Origin: Massalongia carnosa
Taxonomy: Eukaryota
NCBI GenBank assembly: GCA_965645245.1
Contig: OZ287073.1
Span: forward strand, 2,108,001-2,172,000
Direction: 5' to 3'
Length of the DNA: 64,000 nt
In this document: positions 35,914 through 48,752 of the stretch, piece by piece
Position numbering within the stretch: the first letter of the stretch is position 1
Layout: each line of letters begins with the position of its first letter
Position numbers and translations under genes: made by a program
The notes under the pieces: generated by a model
Told to the model about the DNA's origin: nothing
Database searches by the model: none
Seen by the model: the letters and a program-made list of their open reading frames with translations, nothing else

Positions 35914-38900
35914 AGCCAATCGATGTTGCCTCGATTGTTTTGGCTAGCAGACAAAGAGGTGAAACGCTAAAACATCTATTCACTGTAGTGACATTATACA
36001 TTGACAAGGTACTTCTGCAAATACTCGCTATGATCGACTGCGGTTCTACTTGGAATTTCCTTTCCCAAATAAAGGTAAAGGAGGCTGCCTTACGAATCCC
36101 TGTCGAGGCTCCTCCACCGTCGGAGTTGAAGATACTGGATGGAACGCCTCTACAAGTTGGAGTCGTTGATGATAAGGTTGTAGAGGTACGAGCGGATCAA
36201 ACGTTCGTGGGTGCTGATATGTTTGGCGTTGATATGATACTGGGAATTCCCTGGCTAGATCAGGTTGACCCGGTTATCCGCTGGCATGAGCGCAAATTGT
36301 TCCATGTTCGTCTATCGGAAAACGAGGACGGTCAGGCGAGTCTCCATGAGGTCTATGACCTTGAGACTGGTGAGCCTGTAGTCGAGCGGGCACAAGTCCC
36401 TCGAAGATATACTTCCAATAGTCATCCAGATAGATATGGCGGTAGTGGACTCCAAGGGGATACGAAGGCTGTGCGTAGAAGAGGGAATACAAGCATTTCT
36501 TCTAAATGTTCAAGATCTCGACCAAACGGGAACAGTAATTGGTTCTGTGACTGAAGTACCAACTGAAATCCCTTCCAAATATGTCGACTATAGTGATGTG
36601 TTCTCCAAAGAGAAAGCACATAAACTACCGGAACATAGACCTTATGATCATGCGATTGAGACCGAAGGAAACATTCCCTTCGGGCCTATTTATAATTTAT
36701 CACTGACAGAATTAATGCACTCCGTGAGTATTTAGACGAGCAATTAGCTAAAGGTTACATAGTTCCAAGCAAGTCCTCGGCTGGAGCACCAATATTATTC
36801 GCGAAGAAAAAAGATGGTGGCCTGCGACTATGCGTCGATTATCGAGGTCTTAATGCAGTAACGATCAAAAACCGTTATCCACTCCGTTATTTACTCCTAT
36901 TAATTCAAGGATTAGTTGAAGTGTTGATAGGAGCGCTGATCTTTACCAAATTCGACATTCGGGACGCCTTCAACTCTATACGCATTAGAGCCGGCGACGA
37001 ATGGAAGACCGCGTTCAGATGCAGGTACGGTCACTACGAATATCCTGTAATGCCTTTTGGGTTAGCGAATGCACCTGCCACGTTTCAGGCGTATATTCAC
37101 GAAGCTCTAAGGGAATACCTGGACGTATTCGTAGTAGTGTATCTGGACGATATTTTGGTGTTTTCTAAAAAAATCGAAGAGCATGCAAATCACGTTCGAA
37201 TGATACTCGAGAAGCTTCGGAAATATAATCTGCATGCGAAACTCTCCAAATGCCTTTTCGATAAGTCCGAGATTGAATACTTAGGATTTATTTTGACTGC
37301 AACGGGCATAAGAATAGACCCCTCTCGCATAACGACGATAACAAACTGGCCAGAACCCAAAAATCATAGAGACGTACAAGTCTTCTTGGGTTTTGCGAAC
37401 TTCTATAGACGATTTATAGACGGGTTTTCGCGGATAGTAACTGCCCTTACTACCCTTATCAAAGGAGGAAAAAGGGATAAATTCGACGGCCAGTTTATGT
37501 TCACAAAGGAAGCTAAGGAATCCTTCGAAAAATTAAAACTTGTTTTCACGACTGCTCCCATGCTATTGCACTTCGACCCGAAGAGGAAAATCCAATTAGA
37601 AACGGACGCCTCAGGAGTCGCGATTTCTGCAATTATATTACAGTTAGTCGAAGAATCCGGACGCTGGCATCCTATCGCCTTTTGGTCAAGGAAAATGGTC
37701 ACAGCTGAACTCAATTATGGAGTGGGCGAAATTGAGATGTTAGCGATCGTCGCAGCATGCAAGCAATGGCAACACTCTCTTGAAGGGGCATCGCATCCCA
37801 TTCGTGTGATCACCGATCACTGCAACCTTCGTACGTTTCTCACCACCAAGAATTTATCGCGAAGAGAAGCGCGATGGTAGGAGAGACTCTCTAGTCTCGA
37901 CTTAGTAATTGAATACCGACCAGGGCGCTATAATCCTGCGGACGGGCCTTCAAGGCGTCTAGACTATGCTGAAATGAACCCAACTTGTCTCATCAAGTCG
38001 GTGCAGTAGTTTCCAGTGAAGCAGGGGAGCCTCTGAGTATTCGACAGGGGACAGAGAAACTCGAAGAAAAGTTCGAGACGAAGAAGTGGGTGGTTGCGTC
38101 GATAACCGGCATCCCTGTAACTGCTCCTAGGGGAAATATTATTGAATAGGAGCCAACCGTTGATAGCACAATTGTGCATGGATTCATAGAACCTGAATCT
38201 GTTAACGGAACTGATTATGAATCAGGGGACTCTTCCGTTGATGAGACCGAAAATGGTCCAAGCGCGCGTTCCTTGCTGGCTAATGAAGGGACTGAGAATG
38301 AAACTCTCGAGGTTCTTGGAGCAGTAAGAAGAGTTAAGGAGAAGAGAAAGTCTTCACCTAAACTGGACGAGGGAAAGGCCGATTCGAAGCCTACAGAGTT
38401 CCAACTCGTGGAGACATCCGAGAAGGAGTCTCGAATTTCTCTAGAACAATCAAAGGAAGTTTCAGAGAAGGACTCAGCCTTTACTGCTCCACCGCTCGAG
38501 TTACGCACCGTCCTTCTGGCACGCAAGAGTCTGATCAACTCGCGCAGTAGAGACGGCCCCTTGCCGCCTCGTCGGCACAGTAGAAGCAACACAAGAGGGA
38601 GAGTTTTTATGGAAAGCTGGAAGTCAACAAAGGTGTCCAAAGTCACTCGCAGGTAGATACCCTGGCATTGGAAGGGAAACCGCGGGGAGATAATAAAGAC
38701 AAAGAAAACCTTTGGCATATAGAAGACGGCCTTTTATGCAGAGACAATAAATGGTACGTACCTTCAGGCATATTGAGAGAAGCGCTACTGCGACAGAATC
38801 ATGACGACCCCAATGCGGGCCACTTTAGAGTTAGGCGGACAGTGGAATTAATTCAAAGAAAATACTACTGGCCTAAAATGCGAAGAGACATCAAAAGATG

Positions 38901-40103
38901 TGTCGAAACCTGTACTCGTTGTCATCAGGTCAAGGCTCCAAGACATAAGCCTTACGGAGAATTGGTGTCGTTGCCAATCCCCCAAGGACCTAGACAAAAT
39001 TGGACAATGGACTTTATAACCGACCTTCCGCCAAGTATTCGGCGGGGGCAAGTTTATGACTCTATCCTGGTAACGATAGACAGGTATACGAACTTCTCTC
39101 GCTACATACCCGCACGAAAGGACTGGGAAGCTGAGAACATCAGCGATGTCCTTGTCGAAGAAATATTTACCAAATCGGTATGCCAGCGTCGATTGTAACA
39201 GATCGGGGAAGTCTTTTCACCTCCAAATTCTGGTCGCACTTCTGTTATTACCTCCGAGTACGGCTCAATTATAGCACAGCCTTCCATCCTCAAACCGATG
39301 GGCAGACGGAGAGACAAAACTAAACCTTAGAACAGTACCTGAGGTGTTATGTGAACTATCAGCAAGATGACTGGTTATATTGGTTACCAATAGCTGAGTT
39401 TGCTTACAACAATAGCTTGCATAGCGTCATCAACATGACACCGTTCGAAGCAATGTTCGGGGAAGCCTCAAAGTGGGAAGATAATATTCTCGAAGCAAGG
39501 GAGAGCGAGACCCCAGCAGCTCGCCTTCGAGCGGTGAACATGCTGAAACAAAGAGAAAAGTTGCGGAAACTTCTCAATGAGGCTGTAAACTCTCAAGCTA
39601 AGTTCTATAATGAAAACCATATGCCCAAGACATATAAAGTAGGTGAGAAAGTACTGCTTAGCGCTAAAAACATCAAGTCTACTAGGCCATCCAAGAAATT
39701 AGGTTATAAATATTATGGACCATATGAGATAATAGATCTCGTGAGGAAGAATGCTTACCGCCTGCGACTACCCAGCTTACTGAAGGGAGTACATAATATA
39801 TTTCATGTCTCCTTGTTAGAACCCCACAATATAGATCCAAAAAGAGGATCAGAAGAGCCTCCCGCAATAGAGGTCGCGGGGGAAGAGTAGTGGGAAGTAG
39901 AGAAAATCCTAGACAGTAGGATTCATTATGGTAAACTCTAATACTTAGTGAAATATTTAGGCTACTCAGATACAGATAATCAATGGTTACCAGTCGAAGA
40001 CATGGAAGGATCTCAGTACCTGATTAGAATATATCATCAGCAATATCCAGCAAATCCTGATGATTCTCACGTCAAGAAAAGACGGAAGAGGAACAAGAAA
40101 TGA
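35901..40103 (+). pseudogene. pol: Gypsy-A pol (PR, RT, RNase H, integrase, chromodomain), disrupted
   Basis: MIDCGS, YLDD, ETDAS, HHCC zinc finger, MDFI, GPY, WEVEKILD. Confidence 0.93.
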
Positions 40104-41096
40104 GAGGGGATAAAGACTGAAAATCTAAAATTTCATTCTATCTAACGGCCGTCGTATCCCTTGCTAACGCTCTGAAAAAAGCAAATCACTCCTCCATTGA
40201 CCTTGTAGCCATCAAGGTCAATCCCCTCCCATTCTTCACACGTATCCTCGTGAGGAGGGAAGGCAACACCGCGCGACCCGCGAGAGGCCGGAGATTGCCT
40301 GGTGGGGGGAGGAGCCACACGGGAAGGAGGCGCACGCACACCATCTCCTGAAGGCCCGCGATAGGCCGGCGAGCCCAAAGCAGAGCGCGAAGCCGAAGTT
40401 GACCCTCCCTCTATATAAAATCCGGACGAGCTCTCACCACCCGACGAACACCCATTGGGTTACAAAAGACAGAAGGCCGACCGGAACGGGAAGGAAGCGA
40501 CCGCAGGGGCGGAGGAGCCGAGGACGGAGACACAGAGGACGACGCAGAGAAGAAACTGATATGGCCTCACCAACCGCAAGAGAACGAGCTGAAGACCGAG
40601 CAACAGAAGGGGAATCGCCAGGAACACGTACTTCCCTCAGATCAGAAGGCGGAAGACGTCTTCCACTACCGCGAGGTAGTGGGGAATCCCCGAGCTCATC
40701 AGGGGACAAGGAAGGGTCAGAAATAACCCGATGTTCTGGAGTTTTGGGAATTAGGATTGTGCTTGTAGAAGGGAGAAAGGAAAGAGAAAGATGGGGAGTT
40801 TTATGAGAAGTGGGGGATTATTCATATATTCTTCACGAAACCTCACTGGAATTCACTACACTAGCCGATAACTCACCAGTTCTACTGGAGATATGGCTCA
40901 AACGACATGAACGGAGATTCTGGATGCAACGCTTGAGTCCCATGTGCGAGACTCTGAAGGCAAAAGCATGAATCATGTTCGGAATGTCAAAGGACTCATA
41001 ACAGGGGACGCGACGGGGGTTAGGCTGAGGATGGATTGAGACTATACAAAACGCGACAGCAAGCCCATGAGGACATGAGCCCTAGGTGGAGGGAAC

Positions 41097-41395
41097 TGTC
41101 AGGACAGCTTTCTATAAGACAGGAAGCGGTCGCACACTTCTGCAAGGGGTGCGCGGGAAGACACCCATGCGATAGTCTCAACTGGTCCAATCATGTAATA
41201 GCAATTAGTTTGACGAACGTGGCCTGATCAAGGTAGGGCTATAGGATAAACAGCCCTTCGCCTACCTCTTTCGGAGGGCCACTGATCAATTTATTGATTA
41301 CACTCCACCTACTGCTGTTCTATAGCGACTCCTATTCTATTGTCCTACCACTACTGTAGAGCCATATAGTCACACTGTTCGTACTTCGCCTCACA
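41097..41395 (+). repeat. Gypsy-A 3' LTR
   Basis: Direct repeat of 34458-34756. Confidence 0.95.
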
Positions 41396-42958
41396 GGCGA
41401 AAGGTAATCCCGGGACCGAGTAGAGGCAGGCCGCGGATAGCCGACGAAGGCCGAAGGTCGGATGTTGGACGGGAGAAAAAAGCAGAAATAGGTGGCCTTT
41501 TAGCACTCTTCTCCTTATCATCATAATTGATTCGGAGTTTAGCTCCAAAAGGTCTTTCGCCCACATACTCACTCCTTGATTCAGCCGCATAGGTAGATAG
41601 AGTTTTCCCCTTACCGCTGCCATAATAAAGCCATTATAGGCGGGGCCCTCAGCAAAACTAAGCGCCAGCATGGCAGCAGCGAGGGGGAGTTGCCCAAACA
41701 TAGATAGTAATTATATGATATTCTGACGACACGATAGAGCCCGTGAATTACCCTTACATTGGTCAAATCGTCGTCGAAGTGCTAAACAGGACGAAACACT
41801 ATTCTCAATTCTGATGGGTCAAATCGTCTGCCCACAAATCTTTCGATAATCAGCCAGCGCTATAGACAGATTTGAACCCCAGAGATCTGGAGCTCGAGGT
41901 ATCTAAAGACGATCGAGTTCAGCGCTGGAGGGAGACTCGGTCTGACTGGAGTATCTGATATTTGTTATAAGATACATAGTAGAACAAGCGCGTTGAGTTC
42001 ATGCATAGTATATTCATTGAGCTAGTCTCCAATATCTATTGTCAGTCCTAGACTCACCTTAGTTCTAGAGTGCTAGAACCGATCTAACAGCAAGCGAACT
42101 ATATAGCTATTCGTAGAGGAAACGTTATATTGAAACGTGATAAATCAGGCATATCTTTCTTTTAGCATCCGGAAGTGAACCGCATGGCATTCATTTTTGC
42201 TTCGCGGTCCTCATGACTTGTTGGATACCAACCTATGGCGCTATAAATTATTATAGTCACGTGTAATAATAGACCTATTCCGGTATGCGGCACGCATCCT
42301 GGACTTGGATAATTTTAGACCTTAGAAGTAGAGAGTCATAAAATCATAAGTAAAACAAAATGAATAACCTTATATTTCTATATAGCTGAGCTTTCGATAA
42401 GGACCGTCGTATTATCCTATAACTAGCGGCATTCAGAAAAGAGGCTATATCCTTTCACTGCTTTTGAGAGTCAGTTTATTTTTCAATAATATATATTGTC
42501 ATTATAGCTCCAAAAAAGAACGCCCAAAGCATCTCTCTTTATCTTCGGGACAAAATTTAGAACCTAGCAACACATTAATCGAGTGAGAGCCAAAAAGCGA
42601 ATAAAAAAGCGAATAAAAAGACTATTCAAAAAGAAGAACGAGTTGGCATAGCTTGCGAACGCAAAGGTCTACTTCGTCATAAACCCTATGAAAGATATCA
42701 AATCTACAATCGTCTCGACAGTTACCGTAACAAACAATGGTAAAAATTATTTTGAATTTAGCTGTTGCTTTTTGCAAGTCCAGCTATCTTTTGCACAGTC
42801 CAGTGACAAATTTAGTGAAAAGGAACGTCCGTTGATGAAGGGGCAGTCATGAAAAAAAGTTAGGAAGAATATTCCTTGCTTCTGGAATTGACCCGGACTG
42901 TCACTCGCCCGGCAGTCGCCACCCGCGCATAGCCCCCAGAATCCGATCAATTGAAACT

Positions 42959-43350
42959 TGTTACGACCCTAGTAGGATAGGACATCCTACTATGGATCGA
43001 ACAGTTAAACCTTTCTAGGTTTAGACCTAGCGGGAAGCTCACCCGGCTCACTAGTGAGCAGGGCGAGCTGGGGAGCTCACCAGGCTCACGGGCGAGCAGG
43101 GCGAGCGGATGCTCACCGGGCTCGCAGACGAGCATGGTGAGCAAGGACTATATAGGTAGCGAAGATTCCCTTATGGAAACTTCGTGTTCAACCTTCCCTA
43201 CCATCTTAACTTCATAGTTACAATCTACTGCATTGACGATTGTTCCCATCTATGTGAAGCTATTCCCGTTGTACCTGACGAACACTACAGACCGCTCTAT
43301 ATAAGACCAAACACCCCTCGCACCTGAGGCACCAAAGAAGACGCGTAGCA
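42959..43350 (+). repeat. Gypsy-B 5' LTR with tandem GC-rich U3 repeats
   Basis: TGTTACG...CGTAGCA; three GCTCACC(C/A/G)GGCTC units; TATATA at 43149. Confidence 0.95.
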
Positions 43351-43368
43351 CTTTGAACACCCTTAAAG

Positions 43369-44892
43369 ATGTCTGTATCAGGTCAACGAACTTCTACTCC
43401 AAGCACCATTGGCAATATCCAGCACCAGACGACGACTACTGATGACGACAAGGTCAGGGTCAACAAGCCTGACGTATACCACGGAGATCGCAATGGACTG
43501 GACGATTGGCTCACACAGGTGGACATCTACTTCACCATTAATAATGTTCTAACAGCAAAGAAAACTTTATTCGCATCAACCTTTCTTAGAGGAAGGGCCG
43601 AGAGATGGTTCAAACCATTTCTGCGCAAACATCTAGATGATGACGAAGATCCCGAACATGTATTCGCGCGCTATGAGTGTTTCAAGACCGAGATCCGTAG
43701 GGTCTTTGGAGTCTCCAGTGAAGAAGAAACAGCGGAGAGAGCTACAACATTTGCAACAACGAACGTCTGCAGCAGAGTATGCAGCACGATTCCAGGAACA
43801 AGCCAACTTAACCAGTGGGACGACGCAGCTCTAATGGCCATGTACAAGAGAGGCCTTAAGGATAATGTCAAGGACGAACTTATGAGATGGGGCGGAGATA
43901 TAGATAGCCTCAGATCCTTGATGGAAGCCGCGATCGAACTCGACGACAAGCTCTACGAGCGTGCCATGGAAAAACGTTACAGCGATCCGCGCAGAAGTGC
44001 AGGCACTTTTACGGGACCAGCTGGTTATCGCAGAGGAGGACCACGTTTCAGGAATAATACCGATAGCTACGGTACTACGCCTATGGAACTGGACTCGACA
44101 CAGCGACGCAAGGAGACCAACCCTAGAAGGAATAGGGGAAACAATAGAAACAACAAAACGTGCTATTCATGCGGCAAACCGGGCCACTTCGCGAAGGATT
44201 GTCGATCGAAGAACTTAGTGCAACGACGACAGATCAATGCTACACTGAAAAGAAATCCTGATGCATGGGAAGAGATAGAAAGGGAGGGAACCGCAAGAAG
44301 CATCGAGAGCCCCCTGGACCCCAGCACAGATGACGAATACTTCCATGTGGAGACCCAAGAAGAATTACTCGAGGTGCTCAATGGAAAAGGATCACACGAG
44401 GCACCTGCGACAACAACGCAGTTGAACGAAGCAATCAAGACAACAATTAGACCACCAACACCGTATCCTAGACAAGAGGATGAGGACGAGTGTGGATGGA
44501 CCGAACTAGGGCGACAACAGTTCGATGAAATGATTGCAGGACTGGACCGAATGGGCAAAATCCCTGGAGCATGGGTTATGACCAACCAGCCCGAGAAGAC
44601 TTCCAAGGAGCGCATGTTCGAGCGCGACTTCCAACTAGGAGAGATAGTTGAGGGAGTATTGGGAAGCACAGCCTCGCAAACAAGTAATATCCCGACGCTG
44701 AGACGAGAAGACGCGACGCTACGAGAAAGCAACCACGCATGCCTCAGCTGGACGGCCTGCTATGAAGATGACTGTCAAATACACATATCAGAAAAAGAAG
44801 GTTCCGGATGGTACCCCAAGAAGCCACGGAAGCCAAAGAGACAGCAGCAGCCAACGCAAGAAGAACCGGGAAAAGACATAATCTTTTGGTAA
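43369..44892 (+). CDS. gag: Gypsy-B gag, 507 aa, with compensating frameshifts near 43740-43810
   Basis: KPDVYHG, PMELD, CYSCGKPGHFAKDC. The canonical LQQRTSAAEYAARF segment lies in another frame. Confidence 0.88.
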   Translation: MSVSGQRTSTPSTIGNIQHQTTTTDDDKVRVNKPDVYHGDRNGLDDWLTQVDIYFTINNVLTAKKTLFASTFLRGRAERWFKPFLRKHLDDDEDPEHVFARYECFKTEIRRVFGVSSEEETAERATTFATTNVCSRVCSTIPGTSQLNQWDDAALMAMYKRGLKDNVKDELMRWGGDIDSLRSLMEAAIELDDKLYERAMEKRYSDPRRSAGTFTGPAGYRRGGPRFRNNTDSYGTTPMELDSTQRRKETNPRRNRGNNRNNKTCYSCGKPGHFAKDCRSKNLVQRRQINATLKRNPDAWEEIEREGTARSIESPLDPSTDDEYFHVETQEELLEVLNGKGSHEAPATTTQLNEAIKTTIRPPTPYPRQEDEDECGWTELGRQQFDEMIAGLDRMGKIPGAWVMTNQPEKTSKERMFERDFQLGEIVEGVLGSTASQTSNIPTLRREDATLRESNHACLSWTACYEDDCQIHISEKEGSGWYPKKPRKPKRQQQPTQEEPGKDIIFW

Positions 44893-47800
44893 AGGGCATA
44901 CCAAAAGAGATCAACATGATAGCCCAGAAGCAGTTAAACTCAGTTAGCTATGCACGGATATTCCAGACGCCGATTAATGTCAGCGGACATCGACTACAAG
45001 CAATGGTCGATTCGGGCGCGACAGGGAATTTTATGTCGCAATCTCTTGTCGATAGGAAAGGGTTACCTATTCGAAAGAAAGACGACGCGTACGACCTAAT
45101 GGTCATAGACGGAAACCCGTTACCTAGTGGAGACGGAAGAGTAGTGAATGAAACTACACCATTACCGGTAGCGACCCAACAGCACTACGAGGAGCTAACA
45201 TTTGATGTTGTTCGGATGGCCAGCCACGACATCGTGTTAGGTATGCCTTGGTTGAGGAAGCACAATCCAACGATAGATTGGACGAAGAGAGTACTCAAGT
45301 TTGAGCGGTGCAATTGCGTGATTGCAGCCCAACCTGCGCATCGGCAGAGTTCGATGGTAGATGAGAAGCAGAATCTAGAAGAGATCGCAAGGCGCGAACT
45401 TGCAGCTTCGAATAAGAACGATCCAATAACGGAGTTCGGCTCGACAGACACTGGATTAGGTCAAACAGGTCACGAAGTCAGAGTTAGTGAAGGAAGTCAC
45501 GTACCTTCTGAGACCCTCGGTAAAACTGAAGGAGAAATACCAGATGAATACAGAGCATGGAAAGATCTGTTCCGGGAAGAGGTGACGGCAGCGGCCCTAC
45601 CTATACATCAACCGTGGGATCACGAGATCAAGCTAGAACCAGGCAAGCAACCCACGTTTGGACCTATATATGCACTTTCCGAGAAGGAGCTAGAAGCACT
45701 TCGAAAATACCTGGATGAGAATATGAAGAAGGGATTCATTAGGAAATCTCAATCACCGGCAGGATATCCAATCCTCTTTGTACCCAAGAAGGATGGAACA
45801 CTCCGCCTATGTGTCGATTATCGAAAGCTAAACAATATAACGGTAAAAAACCGATATCCATTACCCAATATAGGAGAATTGCAAACGAGATTAGGCAAAG
45901 CCAAATATTTTACCAAGCTAGACTTGAGGGGAGCCTACAATCTCATACGCATGAAAGAGGGAGAAGAATGGAAAACAGCTTTTCGTACACGATATGGTCA
46001 CTACGAGTACCAGGTTATGCCATTTGGGTTGACAAATGCCCCGGCAACCTGTCAGGAAATGATCAATGACACGCTTAGGAAATACCTCGACATTTTTGTT
46101 ATCGCATACCTCGATGACATACTGATCTACTCCGAGTCACTAAAAGAGCACGTACAACATGTGCAGAGAATATTCGAATGCTTGAAAGAAAGGAACTTGA
46201 AGTTGAAACCAGAGAAGTGCGAATTCCACAAGAAAGAAGTCAATTTTTTAGGCTTCATTATCGGCCAACACGGGATCCGTATCGACCCAGAAAAGATAAA
46301 GGCTGTGAGAGAATGGAAAGCACCAACTAATATAAAGGAACTACAATCGTTCCTAGGTTTCGTCAACTATAACAGAAAGTTCATTAAAGATTACTCCAGA
46401 AAGGCGGTACCTTTGACTAGGCTCACTGCGAAGGATGTAACATGGTCGTGGAAACCAGAACAGGAAGCAACATTCAGGGAGCTGCAGCAAGCATGCGTGG
46501 ACGAACCAGTTTTGAAAATGTTCGATGGAAGGAAAGCGATTAGGATCGAAACCGACGCATCAGACCTAGCGATTGGAGCATGTCTTAGCTAAGAACACGA
46601 CGGCAAGTGGCATCCAGTTGCATATCTATCAAGGAAACTCTCGCCAGCAGAACAGAACTACGACATTCATGACAAGGAACTATTAGCAATAGTAGCTTCT
46701 TTGGAGTCATGGAGAATGTACGCAGAAGGAGCACCAGAACTTACAATATACACGGATCACAAGAATCTACTGCACTTCACAACCACAAAGCAGTTGAATA
46801 GGCGACAAGTACGATGGTCAGAGCTGTTAGTACAATATAAGTTCACGATACAATATACTCCGGGAAGAGAGAATGGCAGAGCGTATGCACTGAGTCGACG
46901 AAGCGATCATATGGAGACCAAGGAGATCTTCAGTCACAGCATCCTACGAGTAAATAAGGATGGATCATTATCAGCAAACAAACAGGAGTTGAGCGCAACA
47001 CTCCGTATTATAAGAGACGACTAGGAAGAATTTCCTATAGTAAAAGGAAAACTTCGAATATCGAAGACAAGATCGATGAATGTATAAGAGAGCACCATAA
47101 CGGGTTATTACAGGGCCACCCAGGTGTCAGCAAGACGCTGCGGCTTTTACGACAAAGATGTACGTTTCCAAGGATGAGGGAACATGTCGAGACATATATC
47201 AGACAATGTCTTAGCTGTCAAAAGAATAAGCATGCGACTCATGCGAGGTGCGGCGAAATACAGTATCAGGATCCACCTGAATCGCCATGGGACGAAGTCA
47301 CGATGGACTTTATCGTCAAGTTACCAAAATCTAAGGACCCGACAACGGAGGAAGAATACGATTCAATATTGGTGATAGTGGACAAACTCACCAAGTATTC
47401 TCACATAATACCATTCCGAGAAAAATACTCAGCGGAGCAGCTAGGAACCATAGTGCTCGACAGACTGATCCGGTATCACGGAATACCGAAGGGAATCACT
47501 AGCGATAGAGACAAGCTCTTTACGTCTAACTATTGGAAGACGTTGATTCCAATGTTAGGAACGAGACTAAGAATGTCTACTGCCTATCATCCGCAAACGG
47601 ATGGTCAGACGGAAAGGACTAATCAAAGTCTGGAGCAATATCTGCGACATTATGTCAACGATACACAAAACAATTGGGTAGAACTCTTACCAATGGCACA
47701 GTTGGCACTAAACGCCAAGGTGTCTGACACTACCAAAGTTACGCCATTTTTCGCGAACTATGGAAGAGAACCGAATTTGTTTGGAGACGCTAGGCAGGGC

Positions 47801-48361
47801 TATTCGGCACAATCAGCAATAGGAAGGGTAGAAACAATGAGACGGATACATGAGAACATCACGAAGATGCAGAAAAAATCCGAGATCTACTAGAATAAGA
47901 AGAGAAAAACGAAAACTCAACTGAAAGAAGGGGATAAAGTGTACCTACTAACAAAGAATTTGAAAACGAGGAGACCAAGCAAGAAACTTGACCATGTCAA
48001 GGTCGGTCCGTTTTTCATCAAAGCACAAAGAGGAGCAGTCAGCTATGAACTGGAACTGCCTCAAGACGCCAAAGTACACCCAGTATTCCATATATCGTTA
48101 TTGGAACCAGCCGACCCAGGTACACCTATACAGGAAACATTTCATTATGAGTCTCAGGAAGAAAACGAGTTCGAAGTCGAGAAGATCCTAGGACAGCAAG
48201 GTCAGAAATACTTAATTAAGTGGAAGGGATATCCTACATCGGAGAACACGTGGGAACCACTTAAGAACCTTGAGAACTGCCGACAACTCCTGGAGGACTT
48301 CCGACGAGGGCAGAGGGAGATGCCACCGAGCGCCAGAAGTCGTCAGGCAATTCCTTCATAA
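44868..48361 (+). pseudogene. pol: Gypsy-B pol (PR, RT, RNase H, integrase, chromodomain) with stops
   Basis: [38 protein letters not shown]...YLIKWKGY...NTWEP. Confidence 0.95.
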
Positions 48362-48752
48362 ATTGGGATAGATCGGGGAGGACTTCGTCCTCCGTTCCAT
48401 CATTATCCGCTGATAGCTCTTGTACGAGACAGAGGGCCTTTTCGGCAACTTTTGATTTTGTATGGCTTAACGTCTTGCGAAGACGGGCCACCTTCGCCAG
48501 CGCACGAGCAAGTTCCTCCTCAGCTAAGCTAAGGTCGGATTCCAACTTGTCTCGAGTGCGATCCAAGCTTTCCCACGAAGCGCCAACACAAGGGCGACCA
48601 CGACGAACACACTCCGCACACTTGGGATGATTCATTCTTACGCAAGCAACCAGGAGAGAGGAACAGAGAAGACAGGCAGTAACCGCCGGATCACCGTCTC
48701 GAACGATGGTGTTGTAAAGACGCAAGCGGTTGGCGGCCTTGGGAGATGTCAT
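48261..48752 (-). CDS. Antisense ORF in Gypsy-B, 163 aa: Zn2Cys6-like cysteine cluster, coiled coil and acidic tail
   Basis: ATG start, no stops, pattern C-x2-C-x6-C-x7-C-x2-C-x6-C, heptad-like region after it. Confidence 0.75.
   Translation of the reverse strand: MTSPKAANRLRLYNTIVRDGDPAVTACLLCSSLLVACVRMNHPKCAECVRRGRPCVGASWESLDRTRDKLESDLSLAEEELARALAKVARLRKTLSHTKSKVAEKALCLVQELSADNDGTEDEVLPDLSQFMKELPDDFWRSVASPSALVGSPPGVVGSSQGS

Larger units (their letters stand above)
34458..41395 (+). mobile_element. Gypsy-A chromovirus LTR retrotransposon, full length, inactivated
   Basis: 299-bp LTRs, GGCGA TSD, PPT before 41097, domain order gag-PR-RT-RH-IN-chromo. Confidence 0.96.

Noticed and set aside
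40695..40702. CTGATGAG hammerhead core on the minus strand
   Set aside because: No properly placed GAAA partner or three-stem junction is visible.
41964..42089. TGTTA...TAACA mini-LTR candidate
   Set aside because: No TSD and no second copy in the window.
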